Shown here in pieces: positions 25,692 to 26,237 of a stretch of 26,237 nt of DNA. How positions within the stretch are numbered: position 1 is the first letter of the stretch; each line of letters starts with the position of its first letter. The DNA lies in the IMG/VR virus record IMGVR_UViG_3300032290_001428, positions 1-26,237 of that record; one strand, written 5' to 3'. The notes beneath the pieces were generated by a model. That model saw only the letters and a list, made by a program, of their open reading frames with translations, was not told the DNA's origin and did no database searches. Source of the DNA: a virus. Lineage: Duplodnaviria > Caudoviricetes. Both the position numbers and the translations under genes were made by a program.

Positions 25692-25757
25692 AGTTGGGGG
25701 AATCACTATGTTGATTCCCCCCTAGTCCCTACGGTAGCGAAGCCCATGCGGCACTAG
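25692..25757 (-). ncRNA. GC-rich structured intergenic element (two hairpins)
   Basis: 10-bp stem GGGGGAATCA/TGATTCCCCC (25696-25721) plus an irregular stem closed by CTAGT/ACTAG (25722-25757). Confidence 0.3.
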
Positions 25758-25930
25758 TGTTTTATTTTTTTCATATATTTTTTATTTTGGGTAAAAAATA
25801 AAAGCGGATCTACCTTCCGCTTTTTGGACTCTTTTTCGATAAAATGTAAAAATTCTGGTGATGTTACAAGTTCTGGTGAACCCATTGAAGACTTAAGAAA
25901 CTTTGAATACTTCTTGTTCTTACTCATCAT
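25754..25930 (-). CDS. 57-58-aa Lys-rich protein absent from the ORF track
   Basis: (M)MSKNKKYSKFLKSSMGSPELVTSPEFLHFIEKESKKRKVDPLLFFTQNKKYMKKIKH; follows TATATATA. Confidence 0.5.
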   Translation of the reverse strand: MMSKNKKYSKFLKSSMGSPELVTSPEFLHFIEKESKKRKVDPLLFFTQNKKYMKKIKH

Positions 25931-25933
25931 CTT

Positions 25934-25941
25934 TATATATA
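25934..25941. promoter_or_regulatory. Palindromic TATATATA, possible bidirectional late promoter
   Basis: One mismatch to TATAAATA on both strands, in a 31-bp gap between divergent ORFs. Confidence 0.45.
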
Positions 25942-25961
25942 CTTGTAAAGGAGTTTACCAT

Positions 25962-26156
25962 ATGGGACAGAATAAAAATACAACAATCGCAGGAATCGGA
26001 GCAATTTTGGTTGCCGTTGGAGCAGTTCTTACCGCTATGTTTGACGGTGATCCCGCAACAAGCGCAGATTATGCTTCTGCAATCGCAGCAATAATTGCTG
26101 GTGTTGGTCTTATCATGGCAAAGGATGCCAGCAATAATACCCCACCCGCAGCATAA
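25962..26156 (+). CDS. Two-TM small membrane protein, holin-like
   Basis: AAGGAG RBS before ATG 25962; two hydrophobic helices separated by DGDPATSAD; ends AKD plus a short tail. Confidence 0.65.
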   Translation: MGQNKNTTIAGIGAILVAVGAVLTAMFDGDPATSADYASAIAAIIAGVGLIMAKDASNNTPPAA

Positions 26157-26169
26157 TTGACGAGGTATA

Positions 26170-26237
26170 ATGCTTGAAAAGATTGTCGCACAAGTTGCTC
26201 TCGCGCTCTTCAACTGGCTCGAGAAAAGAATACAAGC
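26170..26237 (+). CDS. Truncated gene with hydrophobic/amphipathic N-terminus (possible lysis accessory)
   Basis: GAGGT RBS; MLEKIVAQVALALFNWLEKRIQ runs off the window end. Confidence 0.55.
   Translation, partial: MLEKIVAQVALALFNWLEKRIQ

Noticed and set aside
25692-25760. tRNA or known ribozyme (hammerhead, HDV/theta, twister)
   Set aside because: No cloverleaf or TTC-loop arrangement, and I could not assemble the catalytic cores by eye.
25800-25825. Hairpin AAAAGCGGA-7-TCCGCTTTT as a terminator
   Set aside because: It lies inside the 58-aa minus ORF, so it is ambiguous and not called; it would be a real terminator if that ORF is spurious.
25824-25961. N-terminal extension of the 110-aa plus ORF, and the 25920-26213 minus ORF
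   Set aside because: A strong RBS marks ATG 25962; the extension and the minus ORF are shadows of neighbouring genes.

Overview
AT-rich fragment of a large T4-like (myovirus) phage genome, standard genetic code. Plus strand 1-5500 is a replication and nucleotide block: gp41-like helicase (5' truncated), gp61-like primase, ThyX and a class II B12-dependent ribonucleotide reductase. Plus strand 5510-11768 is an accessory block: outer-membrane beta-barrel, GT-B glycosyltransferase, secreted tandem cohesin-like protein, SNase-type nuclease, a possible carbohydrate-active enzyme and a tubulin/FtsZ-family GTPase. Minus strand 11801-25930 is a cluster under T4-type late promoters (TATAAATA). Many of its proteins begin with peptides resembling the T4 capsid-targeting sequence and contain internal (I/L)-x-E boundaries, which suggests head-packaged, protease-processed cargo (ligase-like protein, nucleotidyltransferase-nuclease-HNH fusion, pre-toxin-like protein, lysozyme-LysM). 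The window ends with a holin-like gene and a truncated gene. Other notable signals: palindromic divergent late promoters, recurrent leaderless starts, two candidate small structured RNAs and three short ORFs absent from the supplied track. All family calls come from motif recognition by eye, not database searches.
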